NCBI GenBank assembly: GCA_000146045.2
Contig: BK006935.2
Location: 128,001-192,000, forward strand
Source of the DNA: TPA_inf: Saccharomyces
Taxonomy: Eukaryota
Direction of reading: 5' to 3'
DNA length: 64,000 bases
Below the pieces are notes generated by a model that was not told the DNA's origin, searched no databases, and worked only from the letters and a program-made list of their open reading frames with translations. Both the position numbers and the translations under genes were made by a program. Positions 1-11,151 of the stretch are shown here, piece by piece; position 1 is the stretch's first letter; every line of letters starts with the position of its first letter.

Positions 1-102
1 CCTTTTCTCCGGTAGGAGTTCTGATTCTGGCCCAGTTTCAGTCTTTACCAGCGGTCTTTTCCTCAGAATTGCCATAGATGAGTATTTACTGATCTTTTGC
101 AT
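1..102 (-). CDS. NTG1: 5' end (first 34 codons) of NTG1, DNA N-glycosylase/AP lyase; gene continues beyond window start
   Basis: Minus-strand ATG at 100-102; translation MQKISKYSSMAILRKRPLVKTETGPESELLPEKR matches the NTG1 N-terminus as I recall it; runs off the window edge. Confidence 0.7.
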   Translation of the reverse strand, partial: MQKISKYSSMAILRKRPLVKTETGPESELLPEKR

Positions 103-251
103 ATTTTTTTTTTTTTTGGGCTATAAAGTATATATAGATACAAATATATGATGAATCATTAAAGAGGAGGTTATTACTAAGTGAAAGAAAAAGAAAAAAA
201 AAAAGATCAAAACCAAACTTCGTATTCGAGCCTAAAAAACAGAATATAATG

Positions 252-1019
252 TTATAATACTAATAGAAGCAACAGGAGCACCACTATCAGCACAAGAATA
301 ATCACGCAGTTGCCGTTATCCTTGAACCTAGAATTGTTAAAGCCATGCATGGACCGAGAGGCCCTGTTCAAATTCCTACCATTATTATCAATCAGGTTTT
401 CTAAATCAACCAGCAGCGAGTCGTTCTGAGAAACGATCTCATTATTAAGGTCCAGCGAAATGTCATGAGTCCTCCCAATAGACTGAGACAGTGCGCCCAA
501 GTGGGAATCTTGCTCTAACAACTGCTGTTGCTGGTTAATAAATAGTTCTTGGTTGGAAACCATGGGTTGTGGTGGCTGTGGCTGTGACTGTGACTGTAAC
601 TGCGATTGCAATGGTTCATCCTTGTATGGAGTATGCGTCGAAGGCAGCGGCGACTCCTCGTCTTGTTCATCGTCATCCTTATACATGACCGTAAGCTCGT
701 CATCATTCTTGAACCGCACTTTTTTCAAAGACTCTTTGGACACCTCATCAGTATTTCTTGCCACCTGCTGTTGGAACCTATACAACTCCTTGTCAACCGC
801 CGTATCAGGAATTTTGTCCAGTATGGTATTGTATCGGGATATTAGTTCATCATTGGGCGCACACTTCTGCAATAACTCCAATATTGAGCCCAATTGCCGT
901 TTCAAAGTAACGTTATCGTTTGAGGTCGGGGCGAGCTTCAACACCGACACTAGCCTTGTTCTTTCTTCGACCAGATCAGAGAGCTGGTCCAGTTCATAAC
1001 CCAGCTTCAACACATCCAT
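252..1019 (-). CDS. SYN8: Endosomal SNARE (syntaxin-like), 255 aa
   Basis: ORF-track 252..1019 (-) 255 aa; ATG checked at 1017-1019; position and length match YAL014C. Confidence 0.9.
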
Positions 1020-1269
1020 ACCGTGTGTGCTTACGCATCTATTTGCTGTCGTGAGATCTGTCTCTATGCTTTATTCGTTTTCCATTGTAAAGTCTCAGCA
1101 TTTATTTCTTGTTCTTTACTTGTTTTTGCCCTTTCGGGTGATCAAAGTCGTGCTGGGAAATTTTATTCTTATAAAATGATTTTTAGAAATAATAAACTCA
1201 TAACAGTGCAACGGCAAAGTACAAGGGAAGGAAGCACAGAAGCAAGAGGAGGCGCATCGATCGTGGCAG

Positions 1270-2487
1270 ATGAGTCAGCAAACACCACAGGAAAGTGAAC
1301 AGACCACAGCGAAAGAACAGGACCTTGATCAAGAGAGCGTGTTGAGCAACATTGACTTCAATACGGATTTGAATCACAATTTGAATTTATCGGAATACTG
1401 TATATCCAGTGACGCAGGAACAGAGAAGATGGATAGCGACGAGGAGAAGTCGTTGGCCAATCTGCCGGAGTTGAAATACGCTCCCAAGCTATCCAGCCTG
1501 GTGAAGCAAGAGACGCTCACCGAGAGCTTGAAAAGACCACACGAAGATGAGAAAGAGGCGATAGATGAGGCCAAGAAGATGAAAGTGCCGGGAGAGAACG
1601 AGGACGAAAGCAAGGAAGAGGAAAAGAGTCAAGAACTGGAAGAGGCAATTGACAGCAAGGAGAAGAGCACCGACGCCAGGGACGAGCAAGGGGACGAAGG
1701 TGATAATGAGGAGGAAAACAACGAGGAGGATAATGAAAACGAAAACGAGCATACAGCACCGCCTGCGCTGGTGATGCCCTCCCCCATCGAAATGGAGGAA
1801 CAGAGGATGACTGCGCTGAAGGAAATCACCGACATCGAGTACAAGTTCGCGCAATTGCGCCAAAAACTATATGACAATCAATTGGTGCGGTTGCAAACGG
1901 AGCTGCAGATGTGTCTGGAAGGGTCACACCCGGAATTGCAGGTCTACTACTCGAAGATTGCCGCGATCCGTGACTACAAGCTACACCGAGCGTACCAGCG
2001 ACAGAAGTACGAGCTTTCATGCATCAACACAGAAACAATCGCTACCAGGACATTCATTCACCAGGACTTCCACAAGAAGGTCACCGACCTGCGAGCCAGG
2101 CTGCTGAACAGAACCACGCAGACCTGGTACGATATCAACAAGGAGCGCCGCGATATGGATATAGTCATCCCAGATGTCAATTACCACGTCCCCATCAAAC
2201 TTGATAACAAGACGCTGAGCTGTATCACGGGCTACGCCAGCGCAGCACAGCTGTGCTATCCCGGCGAGCCCGTGGCAGAGGACCTCGCTTGCGAAAGCAT
2301 CGAGTACCGCTACAGAGCCAACCCGGTGGACAAACTCGAAGTCATTGTGGACCGAATGAGGCTCAATAACGAGATTAGCGACCTCGAAGGCCTGCGCAAA
2401 TATTTCCACTCCTTCCCGGGTGCTCCTGAGTTGAACCCGCTTAGAGACTCCGAAATCAACGACGACTTCCACCAGTGGGCCCAGTGA
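1270..2487 (+). CDS. DEP1: Rpd3L histone deacetylase complex component, 405 aa, acidic low-complexity centre
   Basis: ORF-track 1270..2487 (+) 405 aa; ATG at 1270; order and length match YAL013W. Confidence 0.9.
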   Translation: MSQQTPQESEQTTAKEQDLDQESVLSNIDFNTDLNHNLNLSEYCISSDAGTEKMDSDEEKSLANLPELKYAPKLSSLVKQETLTESLKRPHEDEKEAIDEAKKMKVPGENEDESKEEEKSQELEEAIDSKEKSTDARDEQGDEGDNEEENNEEDNENENEHTAPPALVMPSPIEMEEQRMTALKEITDIEYKFAQLRQKLYDNQLVRLQTELQMCLEGSHPELQVYYSKIAAIRDYKLHRAYQRQKYELSCINTETIATRTFIHQDFHKKVTDLRARLLNRTTQTWYDINKERRDMDIVIPDVNYHVPIKLDNKTLSCITGYASAAQLCYPGEPVAEDLACESIEYRYRANPVDKLEVIVDRMRLNNEISDLEGLRKYFHSFPGAPELNPLRDSEINDDFHQWAQ

Positions 2488-2581
2488 CCGCCACACTGGA
2501 CCCCATACCACTTCTTTTTGTTATTCTTAAATATGTTGTAACGCTATGTAATTCCACCCTTCATTACTAATAATTAGCCAT

Positions 2582-2588
2582 TCACGTG
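2582..2588 (+). promoter_or_regulatory. Cbf1-type E-box (TCACGTG) about 210 bp upstream of CYS3
   Basis: Exact tcacgtg at 2582-2588; sulfur-amino-acid genes are driven by Cbf1-Met4-Met28 at this motif. Confidence 0.5.
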
Positions 2589-2798
2589 ATCTCAGCCAGT
2601 TGTGGCGCCACACTTTTTTTTCCATAAAAATCCTCGAGGAAAAGAAAAGAAAAAAATATTTCAGTTATTTAAAGCATAAGATGCCAGGTAGATGGAACTT
2701 GTGCCGTGCCAGATTGAATTTTGAAAGTACAATTGAGGCCTATACACATAGACATTTGCACCTTATACATATACACACAAGACAAAACCAAAAAAAAT

Positions 2799-3983
2799 AT
2801 GACTCTACAAGAATCTGATAAATTTGCTACCAAGGCCATTCATGCCGGTGAACATGTGGACGTTCACGGTTCCGTGATCGAACCCATTTCTTTGTCCACC
2901 ACTTTCAAACAATCTTCTCCAGCTAACCCTATCGGTACTTACGAATACTCCAGATCTCAAAATCCTAACAGAGAGAACTTGGAAAGAGCAGTTGCCGCTT
3001 TAGAGAACGCTCAATACGGGTTGGCTTTCTCCTCTGGTTCTGCCACCACCGCCACAATCTTGCAATCGCTTCCTCAGGGCTCCCATGCGGTCTCTATCGG
3101 TGATGTGTACGGTGGTACCCACAGATACTTCACCAAAGTCGCCAACGCTCACGGTGTGGAAACCTCCTTCACTAACGATTTGTTGAACGATCTACCTCAA
3201 TTGATAAAGGAAAACACCAAATTGGTCTGGATCGAAACCCCAACCAACCCAACTTTGAAGGTCACCGACATCCAAAAGGTGGCAGACCTTATCAAGAAGC
3301 ACGCTGCCGGCCAAGACGTGATCTTGGTTGTCGACAACACCTTCTTGTCCCCATATATCTCCAATCCATTGAACTTCGGTGCAGACATCGTTGTCCACTC
3401 CGCTACAAAGTACATCAACGGTCACTCAGACGTTGTGCTCGGTGTCCTGGCCACTAATAACAAGCCATTGTACGAGCGTCTGCAGTTCTTACAAAACGCC
3501 ATTGGTGCTATCCCATCTCCTTTCGATGCTTGGTTGACCCACAGAGGTTTGAAGACTTTGCATCTACGTGTCAGACAAGCTGCCCTCAGCGCCAACAAAA
3601 TCGCTGAATTCTTGGCAGCAGACAAGGAAAACGTTGTCGCAGTCAACTACCCAGGTTTGAAGACACACCCTAACTACGACGTAGTGTTAAAGCAACACCG
3701 TGATGCCCTTGGTGGTGGTATGATCTCCTTCAGAATCAAGGGTGGTGCTGAAGCTGCTTCCAAGTTCGCCTCCTCCACAAGACTGTTCACATTGGCCGAA
3801 TCCCTTGGTGGTATCGAATCTCTATTGGAAGTGCCCGCTGTGATGACCCACGGTGGTATCCCAAAGGAGGCCAGAGAGGCCTCTGGTGTTTTTGACGACT
3901 TGGTTAGAATCTCTGTCGGTATTGAAGACACTGACGATCTTTTGGAAGACATCAAGCAAGCCTTGAAACAAGCCACCAACTAA
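2799..3983 (+). CDS. CYS3: Cystathionine gamma-lyase, 394 aa (PLP-dependent transsulfuration enzyme)
   Basis: ORF 2721..3983 contains the recognised protein from MTLQESDKFATKAIHAGEH...; true ATG at 2799. Confidence 0.95.
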   Translation: MTLQESDKFATKAIHAGEHVDVHGSVIEPISLSTTFKQSSPANPIGTYEYSRSQNPNRENLERAVAALENAQYGLAFSSGSATTATILQSLPQGSHAVSIGDVYGGTHRYFTKVANAHGVETSFTNDLLNDLPQLIKENTKLVWIETPTNPTLKVTDIQKVADLIKKHAAGQDVILVVDNTFLSPYISNPLNFGADIVVHSATKYINGHSDVVLGVLATNNKPLYERLQFLQNAIGAIPSPFDAWLTHRGLKTLHLRVRQAALSANKIAEFLAADKENVVAVNYPGLKTHPNYDVVLKQHRDALGGGMISFRIKGGAEAASKFASSTRLFTLAESLGGIESLLEVPAVMTHGGIPKEAREASGVFDDLVRISVGIEDTDDLLEDIKQALKQATN

Positions 3984-4198
3984 TCGCCAGTGCCACGTCT
4001 CTGCCTTCGACCGGACCTTTTTAAGTACGATAAATATCCTTTTATAAATATATAGTCTAAAATATCCATTAATACTGTGCTCAATCAATCGTGTTAGATG
4101 ATTTAGTTTTTTCCAAATCGTTATTATAGTGCAGAAGTAGTATACATAAAGGCATATGCATGCGATTTGGAAGTAACGCTCGCCGTAGACAAGTAAGA

Positions 4199-6076
4199 AT
4201 GCCTGCTGTCTTGAGAACCAGGTCCAAAGAATCCTCTATAGAGCAGAAGCCTGCTTCCAGAACTAGAACGAGATCAAGAAGGGGCAAGCGTGGTCGTGAC
4301 GATGATGATGATGACGACGATGAGGAAAGCGATGATGCATACGATGAAGTAGGTAATGACTATGACGAGTATGCTTCAAGAGCGAAGCTGGCCACCAATA
4401 GGCCCTTCGAAATAGTCGCGGGACTGCCTGCTAGTGTGGAGCTGCCCAACTATAACTCTTCGCTTACTCATCCGCAATCAATTAAAAATTCTGGGGTGCT
4501 TTACGACTCTCTGGTCAGTTCCAGAAGAACCTGGGTTCAGGGTGAGATGTTTGAACTGTATTGGCGAAGACCTAAGAAAATTGTTAGTGAATCTACCCCA
4601 GCAGCGACGGAGAGTCCAACATCTGGAACGATTCCTTTGATTCGAGATAAGATGCAGAAAATGTGCGATTGTGTAATGAGTGGAGGTCCTCACACGTTCA
4701 AAGTTAGACTTTTCATACTGAAGAATGACAAAATCGAACAGAAATGGCAAGATGAGCAAGAGTTGAAGAAAAAGGAAAAGGAACTGAAACGAAAGAACGA
4801 TGCAGAGGCCAAAAGATTGAGGATGGAGGAAAGGAAAAGGCAGCAGATGCAAAAGAAAATAGCCAAGGAACAAAAACTTCAATTGCAGAAGGAAAATAAA
4901 GCCAAGCAGAAGTTGGAACAGGAGGCGCTGAAGCTAAAAAGAAAGGAAGAAATGAAAAAACTAAAGGAACAAAATAAAAATAAACAGGGTTCACCTTCTT
5001 CCTCCATGCATGACCCAAGAATGATAATGAATTTGAATTTGATGGCACAAGAAGATCCAAAACTAAACACTTTAATGGAAACCGTCGCAAAGGGTCTTGC
5101 CAATAATAGTCAACTGGAGGAATTTAAAAAGTTCATTGAAATTGCCAAAAAAAGGTCACTAGAGGAGAACCCAGTTAATAAGCGTCCATCTGTCACAACA
5201 ACGCGACCTGCACCTCCCTCTAAAGCTAAAGACGTAGCCGAAGATCACCGGTTAAACTCGATAACCTTGGTGAAAAGTTCCAAAACCGCTGCCACGGAAC
5301 CTGAACCAAAAAAAGCTGATGACGAGAATGCAGAGAAGCAACAGTCCAAAGAGGCAAAGACAACTGCCGAATCGACTCAAGTAGATGTCAAGAAAGAAGA
5401 AGAAGATGTGAAGGAAAAGGGTGTGAAATCAGAGGATACACAAAAGAAAGAAGATAATCAAGTGGTACCGAAAAGGAAAAGAAGAAAGAACGCAATAAAG
5501 GAAGATAAAGATATGCAATTGACCGCGTTCCAACAGAAATACGTTCAAGGTGCGGAGATCATCCTGGAGTATTTAGAATTCACCCATTCGAGGTATTACC
5601 TGCCTAAGAAATCAGTAGTAGAATTTTTGGAGGATACGGATGAGATTATAATATCTTGGATTGTTATACACAATTCTAAAGAAATTGAGAAGTTCAAAAC
5701 CAAGAAAATAAAAGCTAAACTGAAAGCCGACCAAAAACTAAACAAGGAGGATGCCAAGCCAGGCTCTGATGTGGAGAAGGAAGTCAGCTTTAATCCTCTT
5801 TTTGAAGCCGATTGCCCTACCCCTCTCTACACCCCAATGACAATGAAGTTATCGGGGATTCACAAAAGATTTAACCAAATCATCCGAAATAGCGTTTCTC
5901 CAATGGAAGAAGTTGTTAAAGAAATGGAAAAAATTCTGCAAATTGGTACTAGATTGTCTGGCTATAATCTGTGGTACCAATTGGATGGATACGATGATGA
6001 AGCTTTGAGCGAAAGTTTGCGGTTCGAACTAAATGAGTGGGAGCACGCCATGAGAAGCAGAAGACACAAAAGATAA
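4199..6076 (+). CDS. SWC3: SWR1 chromatin-remodelling complex subunit, 625 aa; poly-Asp tract and K/E-rich coiled-coil segment
   Basis: ORF 4160..6076; ATG at 4199 (MPAVLRTRSK...) matches YAL011W length; GAT/GAC run at about 4297-4330. Confidence 0.9.
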   Translation: MPAVLRTRSKESSIEQKPASRTRTRSRRGKRGRDDDDDDDDEESDDAYDEVGNDYDEYASRAKLATNRPFEIVAGLPASVELPNYNSSLTHPQSIKNSGVLYDSLVSSRRTWVQGEMFELYWRRPKKIVSESTPAATESPTSGTIPLIRDKMQKMCDCVMSGGPHTFKVRLFILKNDKIEQKWQDEQELKKKEKELKRKNDAEAKRLRMEERKRQQMQKKIAKEQKLQLQKENKAKQKLEQEALKLKRKEEMKKLKEQNKNKQGSPSSSMHDPRMIMNLNLMAQEDPKLNTLMETVAKGLANNSQLEEFKKFIEIAKKRSLEENPVNKRPSVTTTRPAPPSKAKDVAEDHRLNSITLVKSSKTAATEPEPKKADDENAEKQQSKEAKTTAESTQVDVKKEEEDVKEKGVKSEDTQKKEDNQVVPKRKRRKNAIKEDKDMQLTAFQQKYVQGAEIILEYLEFTHSRYYLPKKSVVEFLEDTDEIIISWIVIHNSKEIEKFKTKKIKAKLKADQKLNKEDAKPGSDVEKEVSFNPLFEADCPTPLYTPMTMKLSGIHKRFNQIIRNSVSPMEEVVKEMEKILQIGTRLSGYNLWYQLDGYDDEALSESLRFELNEWEHAMRSRRHKR

Positions 6077-6183
6077 GGTGTTCGGTTACTTTATTCTGCT
6101 TTAACGCCATTATGATTATACACATTGTATTACTTATTTTTTAACCTGTATATTAAAACCTTTATTTTATTTCACATTACTCA

Positions 6184-7665
6184 TCATGTGGAGTACTGGA
6201 ATTGTATGCCAAACTTTGCCGGGAAAACTGGTATATTGCCGTTTTCTGTATCAGTTGCTGATATAGATATTGCATTATCATTCTTTTCATCATCGGATAA
6301 ACTTTCTTGAAAGCCTCTAGTGAATACCAGCTCTGTCCCGGCAGATATTAAAAATCCCCTCCATTTGCCTTCCCATAATAGTTTTAAAGTCTTGTCACGT
6401 AATGACGTGCTTAATTTCCAAACACTGGTAAAAATGGAACTATTTATTTTGTTATCAAATTTTTCGATGGTAGATCTTTCTTCATCGATTTTTCTTAATG
6501 ACGACGAGAATGCATAAGTTAAATCATTTAATAGCTTTTGTTTGTGAACAGGTATATCTAGTGTAGAAGGAATATCGTTAACAGCTGAATTCAGATCCGG
6601 TACATTTTCGTGCAGTAGTTTAGTCGCTCTGCTGTTTGGATTTATATCAACCAATTCGTCGGAGATTGGTTCTAATTTATCATTATTGTTTTTATTGGTT
6701 TCAAGCAAATGATGCTTTTTTTGCCAAAATTCGCACCCAAATGAAAGATTTGATTCAATCGAATAAAGATTAAAATCATACTTCGCGCAAAAAGTAGAAT
6801 TTGTCCCTGTCTTGGCCGAATATGTGGAGGATATATGGCCGAATAATGGATTCCAAGATAATGTCAAAGTTAGTGGTCGTCCTGTGTTTGTAGAATGTGT
6901 GTAATATCTTAAAGTTGTCGAACAACCGGGGCTTAAACTTACTAACCCTAACCAAAATTCAGCACCAAGCGACAACGAAGAATTATTGTACAGTGAGGTG
7001 TTAAACTTGGAAGGCGTGGTAAGGAAATTGTGTAATACTCTATAACCACATAATAGATCACTGGTGGAAAATATCCACTCCTGTAAATTGCGGTGAGAAT
7101 CTCTTTGAAAATAGCACGTTAAAACGTTTAAGCTTTCTTTGAAACTACTGACACCCTTAAGCATAAATTGGGTTTGTGGACTTAGTCGTTTTATTATCAT
7201 TGCTTCTAAATCAGAGCTGGGGTAGTACATTCTACCATAATAAAGGGATTTTTTAACAAATTTCGAGTCATGTAGTAATTTCTTGTCATTGTCGACTGTG
7301 GTGTTGTCACTACTCAACGTATTCGCACTACTAACACTGAAATTGAGGTTTGGTTGCAATTGTCTGTATGTTTCGGTGGCATCTTGTAATGGGATATCAG
7401 TAGAGTTGCGCATGAATTTCTCCAATTGCTGTGCATCGGAGTATAAATAACTCAGAGAACCATTTATCCTGGACCTCGTAGAAAAATCTAAAGAATTGAA
7501 TGTATTGGGAGTAGATTTGTTGGAAATTTGCAGGTGTATTGCTGAGGGAATTCGGAAATCTAATAATGTTCTCGATGTGGCCGTTATATCCTCGTAGCTA
7601 TTTTGCGTACTCCAATGGGTGCTCTGATAAAATGCCCTTAGTACTTGGTCCATATAGGGTAGCAT
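6184..7665 (-). CDS. MDM10: Mitochondrial outer-membrane beta-barrel, ERMES/SAM component, 493 aa
   Basis: ORF 6184..7725 (-); recognised start MLPYMDQVLRAF at the minus ATG 7663-7665. Confidence 0.9.
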   Translation of the reverse strand: MLPYMDQVLRAFYQSTHWSTQNSYEDITATSRTLLDFRIPSAIHLQISNKSTPNTFNSLDFSTRSRINGSLSYLYSDAQQLEKFMRNSTDIPLQDATETYRQLQPNLNFSVSSANTLSSDNTTVDNDKKLLHDSKFVKKSLYYGRMYYPSSDLEAMIIKRLSPQTQFMLKGVSSFKESLNVLTCYFQRDSHRNLQEWIFSTSDLLCGYRVLHNFLTTPSKFNTSLYNNSSLSLGAEFWLGLVSLSPGCSTTLRYYTHSTNTGRPLTLTLSWNPLFGHISSTYSAKTGTNSTFCAKYDFNLYSIESNLSFGCEFWQKKHHLLETNKNNNDKLEPISDELVDINPNSRATKLLHENVPDLNSAVNDIPSTLDIPVHKQKLLNDLTYAFSSSLRKIDEERSTIEKFDNKINSSIFTSVWKLSTSLRDKTLKLLWEGKWRGFLISAGTELVFTRGFQESLSDDEKNDNAISISATDTENGNIPVFPAKFGIQFQYST

Positions 7666-7853
7666 CAAGATCGGTCTTCTCTGTTCGTGTCTTTTTCCTA
7701 ACGTATATTTGCTTTGTTTCTTCACTCAACAATAAAGTCAAAGTAAAATTAAATACTAATTATTCTTAAAAGGGAAGATGCGAAATTTAGCGAAAATCTA
7801 TTGATTATACACACAAAGGAAGAAAGGTAGTGGAAAGCTAAATAAAGGAGGTC

Positions 7854-8633
7854 ATGGAGCCAGAGAGCATAGGCGATGTGGGGAACCATGCCCAGGATGA
7901 TAGTGCCAGTATAGTGTCCGGGCCTCGCAGGCGTTCTACTAGCAAGACATCCAGTGCGAAGAATATACGGAACTCCAGTAATATCTCTCCAGCATCGATG
8001 ATTTTCAGGAATTTGTTGATACTGGAGGATGATTTAAGACGCCAAGCTCACGAACAAAAGATACTGAAGTGGCAATTCACTTTGTTCTTAGCGTCTATGG
8101 CCGGTGTAGGCGCATTTACCTTCTACGAACTTTATTTCACTTCAGATTATGTCAAGGGCCTCCATAGGGTTATTTTGCAATTCACTCTTTCTTTCATTTC
8201 CATTACTGTAGTTCTTTTTCATATCAGTGGACAATATAGAAGAACTATCGTCATTCCAAGAAGATTTTTTACCTCTACTAATAAAGGGATTAGGCAGTTT
8301 AATGTGAAGCTAGTTAAAGTACAGTCTACGTGGGACGAGAAATACACAGATTCAGTAAGATTTGTGAGTCGAACAATTGCTTATTGTAATATTTATTGTT
8401 TGAAAAAATTTCTGTGGCTTAAAGACGATAATGCCATTGTGAAATTTTGGAAAAGTGTCACGATACAATCCCAACCGAGGATCGGAGCTGTGGATGTGAA
8501 ATTAGTCCTCAACCCCAGAGCATTTAGTGCAGAGATTAGAGAAGGATGGGAGATTTATAGAGACGAGTTTTGGGCCAGGGAAGGTGCTAGAAGACGCAAA
8601 CAAGCGCACGAACTCCGACCTAAATCAGAATGA
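7854..8633 (+). CDS. SPO7: Regulatory subunit of the Nem1-Spo7 phosphatase, 259 aa
   Basis: ORF 7854..8633 (+) 259 aa; ATG at 7854; matches YAL009W. Confidence 0.9.
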   Translation: MEPESIGDVGNHAQDDSASIVSGPRRRSTSKTSSAKNIRNSSNISPASMIFRNLLILEDDLRRQAHEQKILKWQFTLFLASMAGVGAFTFYELYFTSDYVKGLHRVILQFTLSFISITVVLFHISGQYRRTIVIPRRFFTSTNKGIRQFNVKLVKVQSTWDEKYTDSVRFVSRTIAYCNIYCLKKFLWLKDDNAIVKFWKSVTIQSQPRIGAVDVKLVLNPRAFSAEIREGWEIYRDEFWAREGARRRKQAHELRPKSE

Positions 8634-8913
8634 AAGAGTTGGAGGGCTTCTTCCTTCGAATAAGAGGTCATATTTACCTATGTAAAATTGTAACCATCTA
8701 TGTTCACACATAAATTATATTTTATACATTATTAGAAGTGAAGCTGTTGTGTCGTGAAAATTTTACAAATCCGTCATTTCATATTTAAGTTTTCCAACAA
8801 GTGCTAGAAAACCTAGGGGTTGTTGAAATTGGTTAAACAAGGCATCTTATTATACATACAACAGCATAACGCTAGAGGGGCAAGAAGGAAGAACTTAAAA
8901 TAATAGGTGTAAA

Positions 8914-9510
8914 ATGACTTTGGCTTTTAATATGCAACGGTTGGTGTTTCGTAATTTGAATGTTGGGAAGCGCATGTTCAAGAACGTCCCCTTATGGAGG
9001 TTTAATGTCGCCAATAAATTAGGAAAGCCCTTAACTCGCTCTGTAGGGTTAGGCGGTGCTGGCATAGTTGCTGGTGGCTTTTACTTGATGAATCGCCAGC
9101 CTTCTAAGTTGATATTCAATGATTCTTTAGGGGCAGCTGTCAAACAACAGGGTCCCTTGGAACCAACTGTGGGCAACAGTACGGCAATTACCGAGGAAAG
9201 GAGGAACAAAATAAGTAGTCACAAGCAGATGTTTTTGGGATCATTATTCGGTGTTGTTTTAGGAGTTACGGTGGCTAAGATATCAATTTTGTTTATGTAT
9301 GTCGGTATTACAAGCATGCTTCTTTGTGAATGGTTACGGTACAAGGGATGGATTCGCATTAATTTGAAAAATATCAAATCTGTAATTGTTTTGAAAGATG
9401 TAGACTTGAAGAAACTGCTTATTGATGGGTTATTGGGTACAGAATACATGGGTTTTAAAGTATTCTTTACATTGAGTTTCGTATTAGCAAGTTTAAATGC
9501 TAACAAATGA
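8914..9510 (+). CDS. FUN14: Mitochondrial outer-membrane protein, 198 aa
   Basis: ORF 8914..9510 (+) 198 aa; ATG at 8914; matches YAL008W. Confidence 0.9.
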   Translation: MTLAFNMQRLVFRNLNVGKRMFKNVPLWRFNVANKLGKPLTRSVGLGGAGIVAGGFYLMNRQPSKLIFNDSLGAAVKQQGPLEPTVGNSTAITEERRNKISSHKQMFLGSLFGVVLGVTVAKISILFMYVGITSMLLCEWLRYKGWIRINLKNIKSVIVLKDVDLKKLLIDGLLGTEYMGFKVFFTLSFVLASLNANK

Positions 9511-9697
9511 GCAAGACAAATGACCAGATATAAACGAGGGTTATATTCTTTCGTTTTATACTTTTTTATTTTTGGTATTTCATTTATCCTATACAGTAAA
9601 TATACATAGGGCTAAGGAAGAAAAAAAAATCACGTCGAATATAAACCTAATTGTGTTCTATATTGCGGACATATATTTTTCGTAGATTGAAAAGTTC

Positions 9698-10345
9698 TTA
9701 AACGTAATTTTTTTGACGACCAGTGAAGAGGAATTGAATAAGTAGAACTTGGGCAATACTTATAACGGCAATGATAATGATAATCAATATAGATAACCAA
9801 GTCAACCTTGATTCGGTGGAATTGACGGTAGACATGTTTCTCCATTCTCTGGCTCTCAAATAGTTCAAAGTCTTCGTGATTTTGTTCAAGTTTCTATCTA
9901 TTTCCTCCACGGCGTTATTGGCAATAATGTCATCGTTATTGACATCAGCTTCATGCTCGTCAGTCAAAGTTTTTTCCTTTTCTAGTGTAATTTCTACCTT
10001 TTTCAACGCTGTACCATAGTTATTGGAAAAACAAAAGGTATACTTCCCCACTCCAAACGATTTTAATAAAAAGTCTGAGTACTTCTTTTGTTTCTCACTA
10101 GTAATCACAGATCCATCAGGAGCAGTAATATCAAAATCAATCTCAAAATTACCACCGGTTAGAACTTGGTAACCCACAGCCAGGGAATCATCCTCAGTAA
10201 CCATATCGTAGTACAGGCATTCTTTGCTGAATGCTGGTAAACTGATAGCAACTGGTGCATAACTGGAAGATGCAGCCACTGAATTGACCAACGCCAAAAT
10301 TAAAACAATGAAGAAAGAGGGTAGAGCAATTGTAGATTTGATCAT
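9698..10345 (-). CDS. ERP2: p24-family cargo receptor, 215 aa
   Basis: ORF 9698..10345 (-) 215 aa with GOLD/p24 features (signal peptide, C-terminal TM); matches YAL007C. Confidence 0.9.
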   Translation of the reverse strand: MIKSTIALPSFFIVLILALVNSVAASSSYAPVAISLPAFSKECLYYDMVTEDDSLAVGYQVLTGGNFEIDFDITAPDGSVITSEKQKKYSDFLLKSFGVGKYTFCFSNNYGTALKKVEITLEKEKTLTDEHEADVNNDDIIANNAVEEIDRNLNKITKTLNYLRAREWRNMSTVNSTESRLTWLSILIIIIIAVISIAQVLLIQFLFTGRQKNYV

Positions 10346-10861
10346 GGTTTTCCTTTACAATGAGTGTACTCCACTGTTTATCTTATTCTAGTTTGGGTCA
10401 CCTGATGCAGAATTGGCGGTGTCGATCCCTAAGGTTAATGAATCGAAATCACTGGAGATTTTGTTAGTTTTTCATTTTAACTAGTTCAAGTTTTGGCAGA
10501 ATGTACTTTTTCGTGTTTCGGGACACGTCGCTGAAAAGGATTGAAATATAACCAAACGCCATCATGTAAGGTGCAGTGAACATTAGCGCTAAGAGGATTG
10601 AGGATTGCTTTATGAAAGTTTATGAACATTTTCTTGAATTAAATAAATAAGTCTGAAAACACTTGAATTCGAGATGCTGTAGCAATTTGTAATATTATTT
10701 AAAGTTCACAGAGTGGCTTCCTTGGCGGATCTGAAAAATAGGTAGTGATTTAAGGCTATATAATATTAGATACACAAAACATACCAGAAATTTTCCTCGA
10801 AGACCAGCAGAAGGGAACCAATATCACGACATTAAAATATTGTTATCTCTTTTTATTCAGT

Positions 10862-11000
10862 GCTTGTATTTCAGCTTCCATTGAAAACGATGACTGTCTT
10901 CTCAATCTTCATGTCGAGCCCTCACACTGTACATGATAATATACTAGTACCATGAAAACTAGTCGATAGATGATAATTGATTTTTATTTGAAATAGAATC
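10862..11000 (-). repeat. Diverged solo delta (Ty1/Ty2 LTR) remnant about 150 bp upstream of tP(UGG)A
   Basis: tttcagcttcc...gatgataatatactagta...agatgataattgatttttatt aligns to the reverse complement of the canonical delta 5' region. Confidence 0.5.
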
Positions 11001-11151
11001 TTTAATGATCACAGTGGATCTTTTAAAAACTTGGTGAGATAGTGCTAGTGATCCGTAGTCTAAATGAGTTACGTACGAAAGGGAGCCAAAAGCAATCTGA
11101 CCAATTTGTATATATATACATCTATCCGAAAAGGAAGACATCAATTAGTAC

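Noticed and set aside
2721-2798. Upstream in-frame extensions of ORF-track calls: CYS3 from 2721, SWC3 from 4160, SWD1 from 26918, SEN34 from 30891, KIN3 to 43733, MDM10 to 7725
   Set aside because: Recognised protein N-termini begin at the internal ATGs. The TFC3 and YAR023C cases show the track also starts ORFs at non-ATG codons, so upstream extensions were not trusted.
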